Source: Diplonema japonicum (Eukaryota > Protista > Euglenozoa: Diplonemea). Taken from it: a stretch of DNA of 64,000 nucleotides. The stretch spans positions 62,001 to 126,000 of the forward strand of contig OZ025728.1 of the NCBI GenBank assembly GCA_964019335.1, given 5' to 3'. The notes under the pieces were generated by a model that was not told where the DNA came from, searched no databases, and was given only the letters and a program-made list of their open reading frames with translations. Shown in pieces: positions 63,302 to 64,000 of this stretch; within the stretch, counting starts at the first letter, position 1, and each line of letters starts with the position of its first letter. The translations under genes and the position numbers were made by a program.

Positions 63302-63889
63302 TTTTTTTTCCCCCCCTTCTTTTTTTTTTTTTTTTTTTTGAGCCTTCCGACTTGCTTAAGGATAAAAGAGAAACGATGAAAGAAGTACTAAAAAAAAGAA
63401 AATGGAAAGTGAGGGGGAGTTGTTGTTTGCGAACTTTTTTTTTTTTTTTCTTCCTACCGTAAAACGAAAAACTGTAATTTGTTCGCCAGAAAGACAAAAA
63501 AGAAAAAGACAAAAAAAAAAAATGCCTTTTGCCAGCGTACTTCTTTTTTTTTTCTTTTTTTTTTTCCCCTGTAAACTGGATCAGAAAGAAGAAAGCCTTC
63601 GTGTTCAGGAAAAAGGTGACGAAACTTTTTTTCGTTTCATAGTACTCAAGAAAAAGAAAATTAAAAAAGAAATAAATCTTTCGTTCAAATAAAAAATTAA
63701 AAAAAAAAAAAAAACCGCTTCTTGCCTCTTGTTACCCATTTTTCCTTTTATTTTTTTTTTGTGCTGCTAGAATCCATGGAAAAAAGGGGAAGAGAAAATG
63801 GGTATTATGATTGTTCAGAAAAGTTCTGCAATATATTCTTGGGCCAGAAAAAAAACATCTTTCGTTAAATTCTTTTTTTTTCTTTTTTA

Positions 63890-64000
63890 ACAATGGTATT
63901 CGCCGAGACTAATATAAAAAAAAAAAATAAAAATAAAAACTAGTTTATTGGCAGCGTAAATGAATTTCTATTCGGCAACTTAACGCTCGTGCACACAAAT
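63890..64000 (-). repeat. Dispersed repeat A, inverted and diverged copy
   Basis: Its reverse complement reads TTTGTGTGCACGAGCG..TCATTTACGCTGCCAATAAACTAGTTTT..TAGTCTCGGCG, matching 5881-5960. Confidence 0.8.

Noticed and set aside
1-64000. tRNA, full rRNA, SL RNA or snRNA genes, and a non-standard genetic code
   Set aside because: No such gene was recognised by eye, though a covariance scan was not possible. Long ORFs translate cleanly and TAA, TAG and TGA all act as stops.

Overview
This is eukaryotic nuclear DNA with a euglenozoan-type layout, most likely a diplonemid (inferred from gene content and organisation, not proven). All 19 host protein genes lie head-to-tail on the minus strand, with gaps as short as 94 nt, as in a polycistronic, spliced-leader trans-spliced cluster. 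Non-coding DNA is saturated with A, T, G and C homopolymers, while coding DNA is almost free of them. The genes encode a GH29 fucosidase, a receptor adenylate cyclase, a coiled-coil protein, a TBL2-like WD40 protein, a beta-helix membrane protein, a UBL-AlkB fusion, a DnaJA with HPD changed to HPS, a subtilisin/CUB protein, an AAAP transporter, a frameshifted tyrosinase, an LVIVD-WSC protein, an atypical kinesin-MORN fusion, a SpoU-like protein, a WW protein, an acyltransferase-3, a nitronate monooxygenase with PTS1, a CYTH-like/SPRY/tyrosine-kinase-like fusion, an LRR protein and a second LVIVD protein. Mobile DNA comprises two TTAA-flanked defective piggyBacs, a piggyBac remnant and a 5'-truncated non-LTR retrotransposon with a perfect 14-bp TSD. 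The most unusual observations are four: (1) four 47-61 nt GT-AG introns near gene 3' ends with A-rich or purine-rich 3' ends, two of which pair end-to-end; (2) a LINE ending in a stem-loop and oligo(G), inserted into a recurring hairpin-plus-pyrimidine-tract motif; (3) poly(A) runs directly before most start codons; (4) short inserts flanked by 16-25 bp direct repeats, one carrying 21 nt of conserved LSU rRNA.
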